Assembly: GCA_963838955.1 (NCBI GenBank)
Contig: CAWISZ010000002.1
Span: forward strand, 121,991 to 185,990
Origin: an uncultured Thermoplasmata archaeon
Lineage (GTDB): Archaea > Thermoplasmatota > Thermoplasmata > Lutacidiplasmatales > UBA184
Reading direction: 5' to 3'
DNA: 64,000 bases
Below the pieces are notes generated by a model, which saw only the letters and a list, made by a program, of their open reading frames with translations, searched no databases and was not told where the DNA came from. The first letter of the stretch is position 1. Each line of letters begins with the position of its first letter. Positions 40,624 through 49,825 of the stretch are shown here, piece after piece. A program made the position numbers and the translations under genes.

Positions 40624-41488
40624 CGAACAGGTCGATCGATCGTAGGAACGTGGACTGCACGGCCTCGCGGAGCCCGGCTCCGTCCTCGAACTCGGTCACC
40701 AGGTCCAACGCCTCGTCCGAATGCTCTACGTCGGCTTCGTACCCCTCCCGGAGGAAGTCCCTCGCGGCGTTTGTGATCTCCGTCCCCTCGAGGATGGACG
40801 GGTCGAAGTATCGCATCACGGCCCCGTCGTTCACTAGATTGCGGTTCGCAATGAGTTCCAGGCTGTGCATCGCGGCGACCACCGATAGCCAGTGCTCGCG
40901 GGAGGCGATCTCGTTCCACGCTTCGATCGCATGACGCGTCGCCGGTAGAGGAGGAGTTACGAGCACCTGCGCCCGGTCGACACCGAGGCTCTCCCCCATC
41001 CGGAGCAGCAGCTCGTAGTGCGATACGCGCTCCAAGCCGAACCCACCGAACTCCGTGTTGAGGTTGTCGAGCTCATAGAGGACGACCTTCGACTGATCGG
41101 TGCGTGCCATGATGTAGGAGCAGGAGCGAACCCATTGACGAAGGAAATGTTGATGCTCGATCACATACCCGAGCAGAGTGGCCCGCGACGGGTGTTGGAG
41201 CGCGACGACGAAGGAGTGGGGGTTCTTTCCGTAGAACTTCGCAATGAACCTTGACTTGATCCATCCCTTGATCCCGCCCGGGCCCACCTCGTAGAGCTCC
41301 TGCAGACCCGGAACCAGCTCGGCCGCTTCGGACTTCCGCCGAGTCAGGTTCTGGTTCAGCCATCGAACGTGGTTCGTGTTGCTTTCCTCCGCCTGGTCGA
41401 CCAGGTGGCGGGCGAGGGCCGGAAGGTCATCGTCGCCGAGGCCGAGGAGGCATGCCGGACACTTGGTCACGGATCCCTTCCCCTTCAA
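40574..41488 (-). CDS. heme-oxygenase-like di-iron enzyme family (PqqC/CADD/TenA fold) with N-terminal CPAC-containing extension
   Basis: ExxH-type motifs YVIEHQHF, SHYELLLRMGE, AMHSLELIA; 304 aa. Confidence 0.65.
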   Translation of the reverse strand: MKGKGSVTKCPACLLGLGDDDLPALARHLVDQAEESNTNHVRWLNQNLTRRKSEAAELVPGLQELYEVGPGGIKGWIKSRFIAKFYGKNPHSFVVALQHPSRATLLGYVIEHQHFLRQWVRSCSYIMARTDQSKVVLYELDNLNTEFGGFGLERVSHYELLLRMGESLGVDRAQVLVTPPLPATRHAIEAWNEIASREHWLSVVAAMHSLELIANRNLVNDGAVMRYFDPSILEGTEITNAARDFLREGYEADVEHSDEALDLVTEFEDGAGLREAVQSTFLRSIDLFDDYLIARLERAGQFEA

Positions 41489-41709
41489 AGCGGGAACGAG
41501 TTCGGCAGACGACTCCGGAGTGCCTGATATTCCGGGTCGCCGTGATGCATGTTCCGCAGTCGGTTCAGGGTCGCCTTGACTTCGTCGGTCTCCCGGTGTC
41601 GGGAGTTGGCGACCATCCGAACGGTCCCCTCAAAATCCTCCCCGCACGCCTCGTAGCAGTTCCCCATTCCGGTGAGTAGCTCGCGGTCCCGGGGATTCAC
41701 GATCTCCAA
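41485..41709 (-). CDS. small hypothetical protein (74 aa)
   Basis: Start of the downstream heme-oxygenase-like gene overlaps its stop (ATGA); contains CYEACGEDFEG. Confidence 0.45.
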   Translation of the reverse strand: MEIVNPRDRELLTGMGNCYEACGEDFEGTVRMVANSRHRETDEVKATLNRLRNMHHGDPEYQALRSRLPNSFPL

Positions 41710-41823
41710 ATCTCGGCAACTCCCTTAAGGTTTCAGCCAGGGGCGGATCTCCCACCGGCGATGGTCAACCGCGGTTGACTTATGGCTTAAGGAGGGGAAG
41801 ACCCCCCGGATTCGTCGTAGGCC

Positions 41824-42910
41824 ATGCTCGGAGCCGCTGACGCGAACTCGAGGAGTAGCCGCGCCTCCCTCGCTATCGAGGCGCTGCGCGTTGGGGTCGG
41901 TGTCGTCTGGGCGCTGAACTTCATCTTCATCGTCGCGCCGGCGAACGATTTCTTCGGCAATTTCGGAGCGGTCGTGCTCTCGCTCGGTCCGACCTCGCTC
42001 GGCGGCTCGGGGCTGGAGACGTTCGTAGCGGCGAACGCTGCGATCTTTTCCTGGATGGTCGCGCTCGTCACGGGGTACCTCGCGGTTGCATTCATCCTCG
42101 GTCTGACGACACGCTGGGCGTGCATCATCGGAGGGATCTTCTCCGCCGTGCTTCTCGGTGCTCAGATCGGGACCATCTACGTGTTCCCGGGCGGGACCGA
42201 CGTCGGGGAGCACCCCCTGTACTTGGTGATCTACGTCGCCCTGGTGCTCGGAGGCGCGGGCGCGGCGTACTCCTTGGACCACCGGATCGCCGAGGCATGG
42301 GCACGACGCCGCGCCTACCGGGCGACGTTGGGTGAGGCGGCGCCTCGGGGTGTGTGGGCGGCCGGCTCTACCTCGCGGATCGCCCTTACCTACTTCATCG
42401 CGGGAACCGTCATTTCCTTCGGAATGGGCATGGGGCTCATGATCGCCATCCCGGCGAGCCCCACTCCGGGCCCAACGCCGATCCAGTACTCGGTACGAGA
42501 ATCTGACGATCTCGATCAATGCGACCAACGGCTGGCCAATATACTCGCCCGCCAATCTCACGGTGAGTACGGGACATGTCATCTTCACGATTACCGATTT
42601 CGACTCTCCGGTGGCTTGGTCGCCGTGTCCGTGCGTCGTGGCGGGCACAGACGCCGGCGTCGAATTAATCAATGGAACTCCGTATCATGTCGTTCCGTCG
42701 ACCAACGTCGCCCATACGTTCAACATCCCGGCCCTGGGCCTCGACATCTACACCCCGGGGTTCAGCGTCGTTCAGTTCACCGTCGATCTCATCAACCCGG
42801 GATCCTTCGATTGGTTCTGTACCGCACCCTGCGGAGCCGGAGCCAACCCCTATTCTACCCCGCCGATGGGGACCCCCGGTTTCATGACGGGGACGATGAT
42901 CATCACCTAA
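41824..42910 (+). pseudogene. membrane-anchored cupredoxin-like protein, apparent +1 frameshift near 42470
   Basis: About 6-TM N-domain in the frame of 41824, then cupredoxin-like domain in the frame of 42563 with VAHTFNIP, FCTAPCG and Met-rich tail, resembling the CoxII CuA region. Three N-x-S/T sequons in the linker. Confidence 0.55.
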
Positions 42911-43024
42911 CGGACTTGCGTCCGCTCGGAGACCGGACCAGAGATGTGCGATGCGTCCCGGGGTCGTTGTTAATGTCGTCGCGGTCCTCCACGGGCCTGC
43001 CGGCAGGAGGAGATCGGGATCTCG

Positions 43025-44011
43025 ATGCGCGCGATGGTCCTAGACTCGGCCGGCTCCTCGCTTCGTCTGGAGGAGCACAAGGAGACCCCTCCCCCCGGCC
43101 CTCACGAGATACGGATCGAGGTTCACGCCTGTGGGGTATGCCGTACGGATCTTCACATCGTCGACGGGGAGCTTCGCCGACCCAAGCTCCCTCTCGTCCC
43201 AGGACACGAAATCGTCGGGCGTGTGGCCGGGGTGGGATCGGAGGTTTCCCGGTATCGGCCCGGGGATCGGGTAGGAGTACCGTGGCTCGCGTGGACGTGC
43301 GGCGCGTGCGCGTACTGCCGGACGGACCGGGAAAACCTGTGCGACCGCGCTCGGTTCACCGGCTATGACGTGGACGGAGGATACGCCGAGTTCGCGGTGG
43401 CGGACGCGCGATTCGCCTTTACCATTCCCTCGGGTCTGGACGACGTTCAAGCCGCCCCCTTGCTCTGCGCGGGCCTGATCGGATATCGAGCGCTGCGGCT
43501 CTCCGGAGAGGGCCAGCGCGTCGGGTTCTACGGCTTCGGGGCCGCGGCCCACATCGCGGTGCAAGTCGCGCGCTACCGGGGACAGACCGTGTACGCGTTT
43601 ACTCGACCGGGGGACGCTCGGGGTCAAGAGTTCGCTCGGAGCCTCGGAGCTGAGTGGGCGGGAGGGTCGGATGAACGCCCCCCGGAACCGCTCGATGCGG
43701 CGCTGATCTTCGCCCCGGTGGGTGCCCTTGTGCCGACGGCTCTCGCCGCGACGGCCAAGGGCGGTACGGTGGTCTGCGCGGGGATCCACATGAGCGACAT
43801 CCCGAGCTTTCCGTACGCGATCCTCTGGGAGGAACGCGTCGTGCGGTCCGTCGCGAACCTCACCCGGAAGGACGGCGAGGAGTTCTTTGCGATCGTGACG
43901 GAAGCCAAGGTGCGCACCGTGACGAAGCCCTTCCCGCTGCGCGACGCCAACGTGGCATTGGCCGAGCTCCGGGAAGGACGCCTCGAGGGCGCCGCCGTGC
44001 TCGTACCGTAG
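43025..44011 (+). CDS. zinc-dependent alcohol dehydrogenase (MDR family)
   Basis: GHEIVGRV; catalytic and structural zinc Cys motifs; 328 aa. Confidence 0.9.
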   Translation: MRAMVLDSAGSSLRLEEHKETPPPGPHEIRIEVHACGVCRTDLHIVDGELRRPKLPLVPGHEIVGRVAGVGSEVSRYRPGDRVGVPWLAWTCGACAYCRTDRENLCDRARFTGYDVDGGYAEFAVADARFAFTIPSGLDDVQAAPLLCAGLIGYRALRLSGEGQRVGFYGFGAAAHIAVQVARYRGQTVYAFTRPGDARGQEFARSLGAEWAGGSDERPPEPLDAALIFAPVGALVPTALAATAKGGTVVCAGIHMSDIPSFPYAILWEERVVRSVANLTRKDGEEFFAIVTEAKVRTVTKPFPLRDANVALAELREGRLEGAAVLVP

Positions 44012-44062
44012 CTCTCCCCTTCGCAGGGATCGATCGGTCTCTTCGCGGGACGGACGCAACGA

Positions 44063-44839
44063 TCAATCCATCGAGACGTCCGATCGCATGTACGCCCGGA
44101 CGGCGAGGACGAGAACGACCGCGGTCTCGGCGCAGAGAGCGAGGACCTCGTAGCCCACGGTCGCCGTGTACGTTCCGAAGTATCCCGCGCGCGCCGCGTC
44201 GGCGATGTAGGTAAGCGGGTTCACCGCGAACAGGACCCGGATCGCGGCCGGCAGTCCAGAGCTGTACGGGTAGAACACGGTGCTCGCGAAGTTCACCAGG
44301 AAGATCACCAGGATCTGGATGCTGTTGTACGTGGTGTTGGACTTGACCTTCGCCGCAATGAGGAGCATAAGCGATCCGAAGAAGATCGAACCCACGGTGA
44401 TGATCGCCAAGATCACCCCGATTCCGACGAGGGTCACCGGGAGCGTGCCGAGGAGGAGGTAGGCGATGCCGAGCATGACGAGCGCACCGGCGAGCCCGAA
44501 AGCGACCGCCGTGAGCATGATGCCGAGGAGATACTGGAGGCGGGTGAACGGACCGACGAGGAGTTGGGCGAGCATGCCCCACCGGCGGTCGGCCCACAGC
44601 ATGCCGCCTCCCACCGTCCCGGCCATCACGGCTTGGAATGCCATGAGCCCCGGGGTGAGGAACGATAGATAGCTCGCTCCTCCGCCGGACGTGGACTCGA
44701 GCGAGGCGAACCCGAACCCGAAGAAGACGAGGTACATCGCCGGGAGGCCGATGAGGATCGTGAGGCTTCCCGGATCGGTATTGACCTTGATGTTCCGATA
44801 GATGAGGCGAGTGATGTTAGGCGCTTCCAAGAGGCTCAC
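44063..44839 (-). CDS. ABC-2 type transporter permease
   Basis: 258 aa, 6 TM. Confidence 0.85.
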   Translation of the reverse strand: MSLLEAPNITRLIYRNIKVNTDPGSLTILIGLPAMYLVFFGFGFASLESTSGGGASYLSFLTPGLMAFQAVMAGTVGGGMLWADRRWGMLAQLLVGPFTRLQYLLGIMLTAVAFGLAGALVMLGIAYLLLGTLPVTLVGIGVILAIITVGSIFFGSLMLLIAAKVKSNTTYNSIQILVIFLVNFASTVFYPYSSGLPAAIRVLFAVNPLTYIADAARAGYFGTYTATVGYEVLALCAETAVVLVLAVRAYMRSDVSMD

Positions 44840-45776
44840 CTCCGTGGCTGACCGAGCGCAGGAAGACGTCCTCGAGCGTGTTCTTGCGCACGCTGATCCA
44901 TTCCAGCTGGACCCCCATCTTCTGCGAGAGATCGAGGATCTTCGCGAGGGAGTCCTTGGGATCGTCGGTGAGGATGACCACCGAGTCGCCGTTCGGGGTC
45001 ACGCTCGTCCCGGCGCCGAGTCGCTCGGCGAGCGCAGGAATGAACGTAGCCACGCTCCCCGGATCGACGGTCAGGTCGATGGTCTTCTTCCCCCCGTAGA
45101 GCCGCTTGAGGTTCTCGACCTCGTCCAGGACGAGGAGCTTCCCCTCGTCAATGACCGCGATCCGGTCGCAGACGTAGTCCGCCTCCTCCAGATTGTGCGT
45201 CGTGAACACGACTGTGAGCCCGCGCTTCGCCTCCTCCCGGATCGAGTCGAGGAGCGTGCGCCGCATGATCACGTCCATTCCGACGGTCGGCTCGTCCAGG
45301 AACAGGATGTCCATGTCGTGGATGAACTCGCGAGCGACCTGGACCCGGCGTTTCTGGCCCCCCGAGACATCGAACGAACGGCGGTGTCGGATCTCTTCGA
45401 GACCGAACTTCTGGATCAGGGCCTCGCGACGTTCCCGCCGCTGCTCCCGAGGAACTCCCCACAGCACTCCGTACACGTCGAAGTTCCCTTCGACGGTCGT
45501 AAAGTCGAACGATTCACCCTGCTGGACGACCCCGATGCGGGACCGGATCTTCTTCCCCTCCTTCGCCGGATCCATCCCGAATATGCGGAGCGTTCCGGAA
45601 CTCGGGCGGATCAGCGTGGTCATCGCCTTAATGAGCGTCGACTTTCCGGCGCCGTTCTTGCCGAGCAGCCCGAAGATCTCTCCCTTGCGGATTGTGAAGC
45701 TCACACCGTTCAGCGCGAAGCGCTTGCCATCGTACGAATGGCGAAGGTCCTCTGCCCGCACGATGGGGTCGGCCAT
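44817..45776 (-). CDS. ABC transporter ATP-binding protein
   Basis: Walker A GKNGAGKST, signature SGGQKRR, Walker B ILFLDEP. Start MADPIV at 45776 (ORF extends to 46172). Confidence 0.9.
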   Translation of the reverse strand: MADPIVRAEDLRHSYDGKRFALNGVSFTIRKGEIFGLLGKNGAGKSTLIKAMTTLIRPSSGTLRIFGMDPAKEGKKIRSRIGVVQQGESFDFTTVEGNFDVYGVLWGVPREQRRERREALIQKFGLEEIRHRRSFDVSGGQKRRVQVAREFIHDMDILFLDEPTVGMDVIMRRTLLDSIREEAKRGLTVVFTTHNLEEADYVCDRIAVIDEGKLLVLDEVENLKRLYGGKKTIDLTVDPGSVATFIPALAERLGAGTSVTPNGDSVVILTDDPKDSLAKILDLSQKMGVQLEWISVRKNTLEDVFLRSVSHGGEPLGSA

Positions 45777-45964
45777 GAACGGCGAGAGCGAGGGAGACGG
45801 GCGGTTAAAGGGCGCGTCACTCGCGAAACTCTCCGGAAGTGGGTGAACCTCGGAGAGCGGCCCGTCGCGAGCGGGCGCGTTCTCGGCGTCGTCGAGCGAT
45901 AGCCTTCGCAGCCGGGGCGCGGCGGGCCCGAATTCCAAGGGGAAGTGGTTGCGATCGGAGGTGC

Positions 45965-46357
45965 TCAGACGAATACGCGGACGTTCCCGCTGACCTGCTC
46001 TACCGGAAGCGGCGTCAGCGGACGGCACTCGGTTCGTGCGAAGATCGGGGCCATCCGCGCCATCGCTTCCATAAACTCCGGAGGGAGCTTGTCCATCCCG
46101 GGCATCGACAGGACGGGCGGACCCCGTACGTCTCCGGTCCGGGCGTCGAAGACCGCGTTGTGCTGGGCGCATTTCAGCACCCCGCTCTTGAACGTACCCA
46201 GATCGAGCGGCGCGTTCATGTGGCCGCAGCGGTTGATGAAGGCGCGCAGCTCGCCGGCGTTATTGACTACGAGGACGTCTTCGCCTCCGGCTCGTCCGTG
46301 GGTCATTTCACCATGCTTCAGATCCTTCGCTTCGGGGACGTTGTGCCATGCTTGCAT
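45965..46357 (-). CDS. Rieske [2Fe-2S] domain protein
   Basis: CGH...CAQH cluster-binding boxes; 130 aa. Confidence 0.8.
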   Translation of the reverse strand: MQAWHNVPEAKDLKHGEMTHGRAGGEDVLVVNNAGELRAFINRCGHMNAPLDLGTFKSGVLKCAQHNAVFDARTGDVRGPPVLSMPGMDKLPPEFMEAMARMAPIFARTECRPLTPLPVEQVSGNVRVFV

Positions 46358-46397
46358 CGGAGGTTCCTCGACCTACCAGTTTTCGCGCGCACTTAAG

Positions 46398-46415
46398 CTT
46401 TGAATAATAAAGTGC
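46398..46415 (-). promoter_or_regulatory. putative archaeal TATA box for the Rieske gene
   Basis: TTTATTATT on the minus strand about 50 nt upstream of the ATG, in an AT-rich intergenic stretch. Confidence 0.3.
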
Positions 46416-46470
46416 TGGGCCCCGGGGGGCCCGTTCGTCCGGAGCGTGCCGCCCTGCGCGAGGAGGAGCG

Positions 46471-47028
46471 TCACTTGCCCCGTCGGCTGCGATGCGGCCG
46501 AGAACGACCGGCGTTCGCCGTGCCGCGGGATCCCTTCTTCAGAAGTCCCATCCGGCGCGCCAACCTGCGATGGTCGTTCGCATCGACCCATTCGACCTCG
46601 AGATAGGTGAGAAGCTCGGTCTCCGTCATGCTCAGTCGCTTCCCTTCCTGGACGGTGAATGCATACGCCTCGATCTCGGTCGGAGTGTCGACGTACTTCT
46701 TCTTCCGATCGAACAAGGGTCGTCCGGCGCGGAACTGCTTGACGTGACAGAGCTCGTGAACGATGTCAAGGTAGAGCGTGCGCAGATCGCTGGTCTTGAG
46801 GTGATGACTACTGACGATGAGGTGGCCATCGACGTCGCTTGTCCCCATGTACCCGAAGGGCGGTGAGAAGAACTCGACCTTGAGCGCGCGAAGGATCTTT
46901 CCCGCGTTCTTCCCGAACAAATCCCGGATCGGCGGAGTGTTCTCGAACCCTTGGAAGAACTGCTCGAATCGATATAGTCGGATGGGAGCTTTCCTCTGGA
47001 TCCGAACTCCTTGGTACGACTCGAACAT
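46471..47028 (-). CDS. putative zinc metallopeptidase (HExxH...E)
   Basis: IVHELCHVKQ plus downstream TEIEAYAF; sits in a lower-GC patch. Confidence 0.55.
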   Translation of the reverse strand: MFESYQGVRIQRKAPIRLYRFEQFFQGFENTPPIRDLFGKNAGKILRALKVEFFSPPFGYMGTSDVDGHLIVSSHHLKTSDLRTLYLDIVHELCHVKQFRAGRPLFDRKKKYVDTPTEIEAYAFTVQEGKRLSMTETELLTYLEVEWVDANDHRRLARRMGLLKKGSRGTANAGRSRPHRSRRGK

Positions 47029-47228
47029 TTCTCTCTCGATCCCGGAATCGCGGACCTACAGATCGTCACCTTGCCTTATCGACTTCGCCGCGGCAGTGTT
47101 CGTTTCCCGTGGGACGGGCCCGAATCGATCCCCCTCCGGAGCTTCTGCGGTGGTACGTGCGGGTAGACGGGCCAAAGTTCGAGGAAGGGGTATCAGGACG
47201 CTCGACTCATGCTCCCGGTAGTTGGCCC

Positions 47229-47750
47229 ATGCCGACCCCCGATGCGATCTCGATCCGCCGGATCCACCCCGAGGACTGGGATGCGCTCCGTGCCGTCCGG
47301 CTCGCTGCCCTGGAGTCCGATCCCCTGGCTTTTGGGAGCAACCTCCGTCGGGAACAAGAATCCGACCCGGTCAAGTGGAAGAACTGGGCCACCCGTGGGA
47401 GCTCGGGAACTCGGGAGGCGATCTACGTCGCCGTGAACGAGCCGGGCCAGATGGTGGGCATGATCGGGACCTTCACCGAGGACGAGCAGCCCCACGTTTG
47501 GGGAATGTGGGTCCACCCCAAGAGTCGAGGGAAAGGGGTCGGCGGCCGGCTGCTAGACTCGCTCCTGAGTTGGCTCGCTTCGGTCGCACCCTCGCGAACG
47601 ATCCTCTTAGAGGTCAACCCGACTCAGATAGCGGCGACCGCGCTCTACGTCGGACGAGGTTTCGTACGTACGGGCCGAACGCGCCCTCTAGGGCACAGCC
47701 CTCCCGCGATCGTCGAGGAGATGGCCCGGAAGCCACCCGCCCAAGGGTAA
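47229..47750 (+). CDS. GNAT family N-acetyltransferase
   Basis: WVHPKSRGKGVGGRLL acetyl-CoA motif. Confidence 0.8.
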   Translation: MPTPDAISIRRIHPEDWDALRAVRLAALESDPLAFGSNLRREQESDPVKWKNWATRGSSGTREAIYVAVNEPGQMVGMIGTFTEDEQPHVWGMWVHPKSRGKGVGGRLLDSLLSWLASVAPSRTILLEVNPTQIAATALYVGRGFVRTGRTRPLGHSPPAIVEEMARKPPAQG

Positions 47751-47834
47751 TCGTGCGACGCGGCGATCTTTCAGCTCCGTGCGAGAGATTCGGATTCCGG
47801 CAGGTTTATCTTGGTTATCGCCTCGACCTCATCG

Positions 47835-48230
47835 ATGGCCCCGGTCAAAGTCGATTTCGTTTACAGCGGCCTGCGTACTCGCAACCTCCCTCGGTCCCTT
47901 CGATTCTACCGGAAGCTCGGCTTTCGCGTCTACAAGCGAGGGAAGATGGGGCACGGTGGTCTGTGGGTTCAGCTCTCATTCCCGGGGGCCGTCCAGCGAG
48001 TGGAACTGAACTTCTATCCTCGGACGAACCCGTTCTATGAGCCCATTCGCAAGGGCACCGAGTTCGATCACCTCGGCTTCCGCGTCTCCGACGTGGAGAC
48101 CTGGGAGAAGGAGCTGCGCCGCCGAAAGCTTCCGATCGTGGCTCGGATTCGTGAGAAGCACGAGAGCCTCGTGTACACGCGGGACCCGGACGGGAACTGG
48201 ATCGAGTTCTTCGGTCCGGTCCCGGAGTAG
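47835..48230 (+). CDS. VOC (glyoxalase/bleomycin resistance) family protein
   Basis: Paired beta-alpha-beta-beta-beta module pattern; DHLGFRVSD. Confidence 0.8.
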   Translation: MAPVKVDFVYSGLRTRNLPRSLRFYRKLGFRVYKRGKMGHGGLWVQLSFPGAVQRVELNFYPRTNPFYEPIRKGTEFDHLGFRVSDVETWEKELRRRKLPIVARIREKHESLVYTRDPDGNWIEFFGPVPE

Positions 48231-48232
48231 CC

Positions 48233-49245
48233 TCAGCGTCCGACGTCGGATCGCGTCGGCGGGCATGATATCATTCGAGCGCCGCCCCCGGGGAGGCGGG
48301 CGAGGTACTGCCGCATCGCGAGCGGTCGCAGAGGCCGGTCGGCGAGCGCGAGGTCGAGCACCTCGTCGAACGAATGCAACCGCACATCGATCAGCGCACG
48401 GATATCGTTCTCCCGACACGTCGCTTCAGTGTTCATGCCATCGACCAGCAGTCTCGCCATGCGCGCCGGCACGGTGGTGATGAACCCGACCCAGTGGGAG
48501 GAGAGGCGGGGGGTCAGCAGCGGCGTCGAGATGATCCAGGATCTGCTTCCGAGACGATTTCCGATGCGGTCGAGCATCTCGTAGTACCGCAGGATCTCCG
48601 GACCCCTACGTCGAACCCGCGCCCTGAGGTTCGCGGCTCGCGTAGGCAACCGACGAGGTAGGCGACGAGGTCGTCGAGCGCGATCGGTTGGCAGCGCGTC
48701 CGGATCCACTGAGGGCAGATCATCGCGGGGAGACGCTCGACCAGCTGCACCACCATCTGGAAAGATGCGCCGCCGGCGCCAAGGACGATCGCCGCGCGCA
48801 ACGTCGTCAGCGAGGGTGCACTTTCCGCAAGGATCCCCTCCACCTCCTGCCGACTCTCGAGATGCGCGGAGGACTCGGTCGATCCCCGTTGGAGGCCGCC
48901 CACGTAGATGATCCGCTCCACGCCCGCGTCGGCGGCGGCCCGGACAGTGTTGTTCGCAATCTCTCGATCGAGATGCACGAAATCTATCGATCAATCGCGA
49001 CTCGCCATCGAGTGGACGAGGTAGTACACCGTTCCGACGCCCTCGAACGCTTGCGCCAACCCGGTCGGATCGAGCAGGTCCCCCGTTACGCACGCAAGTC
49101 CGGGGGGAGTGGGACGAGGAGCGGGATGCGGACGAACGAGCGCCCGAACGGACTCCCCCTGGGCCAGCAGGGCCTCCGTGAGGCGGCGCCCGACGAAGCC
49201 GGTCGCGCCGAGAACCAAGACCACCTTCGCTCGTGGTTCGGGCAC
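48233..49245 (-). pseudogene. NmrA-like NAD(P)H-binding protein (DUF2867-type C-terminus) with in-frame TGA plus a frameshift
   Basis: Rossmann motif GATGFVGRRL; YYLVHSMASRD-TGA-SIDFVHLDREIANN in one frame; C-terminal EILRYYEMLDRIGN...HWVGF in another frame. Confidence 0.65.
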
Positions 49246-49353
49246 GATCGGGCCACCCCATCGAAGCGGATGGCCTGTCGGGGGCGAGAAGGGTGAGGAT
49301 CGAGCTACGCGAACCGAGGAGAACTGCGGTGAGAACGTACGCCGGCCGCGCTT

Positions 49354-49671
49354 CTACAGCTTCTTCAGTGCATCGGAAACGTCGCTCACGAGTGAATTGA
49401 TATCCCTCTTCAACCGGTCGAGGGCCTTCCTCGTGGTCCCCGAGGGATCCTTCACCGCGGCATCTGCGTGCGCGGCCACTCGTTTCGAGAGCTTCGCAGT
49501 CGCCTCCGCAAGATCCTTCACCGCTCGCTTGGTTTCCCGAAGGATCTCGTCGACCGGATCGGGAGAGTTCGATCCCGGTCGGACGGGCGATGGCGCCTTC
49601 GTTGTGAATCCACAAGAGGCACAGACGACCGATCCCGCGGGAAGTTCCGTTCCACAGTGAGCACAGTACAT
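49354..49671 (-). CDS. zinc-ribbon plus coiled-coil small protein
   Basis: CAHCG...CASCG; 105 aa. Confidence 0.6.
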   Translation of the reverse strand: MYCAHCGTELPAGSVVCASCGFTTKAPSPVRPGSNSPDPVDEILRETKRAVKDLAEATAKLSKRVAAHADAAVKDPSGTTRKALDRLKRDINSLVSDVSDALKKL

Positions 49672-49825
49672 CGGTCTCTCCGACGAAGTAGGGCGTCGGG
49701 ATTACTTACCGACAGCGGGAATCCATGAGAGGCAAAATCGCGGGAGTGCAGGGAAGGGTGGCGGGACCGCCGGGCTCGAAATGGTCAAGCCGCGCTTGAT
49801 TTGCCGGAGCTACCACCGAGCGACC

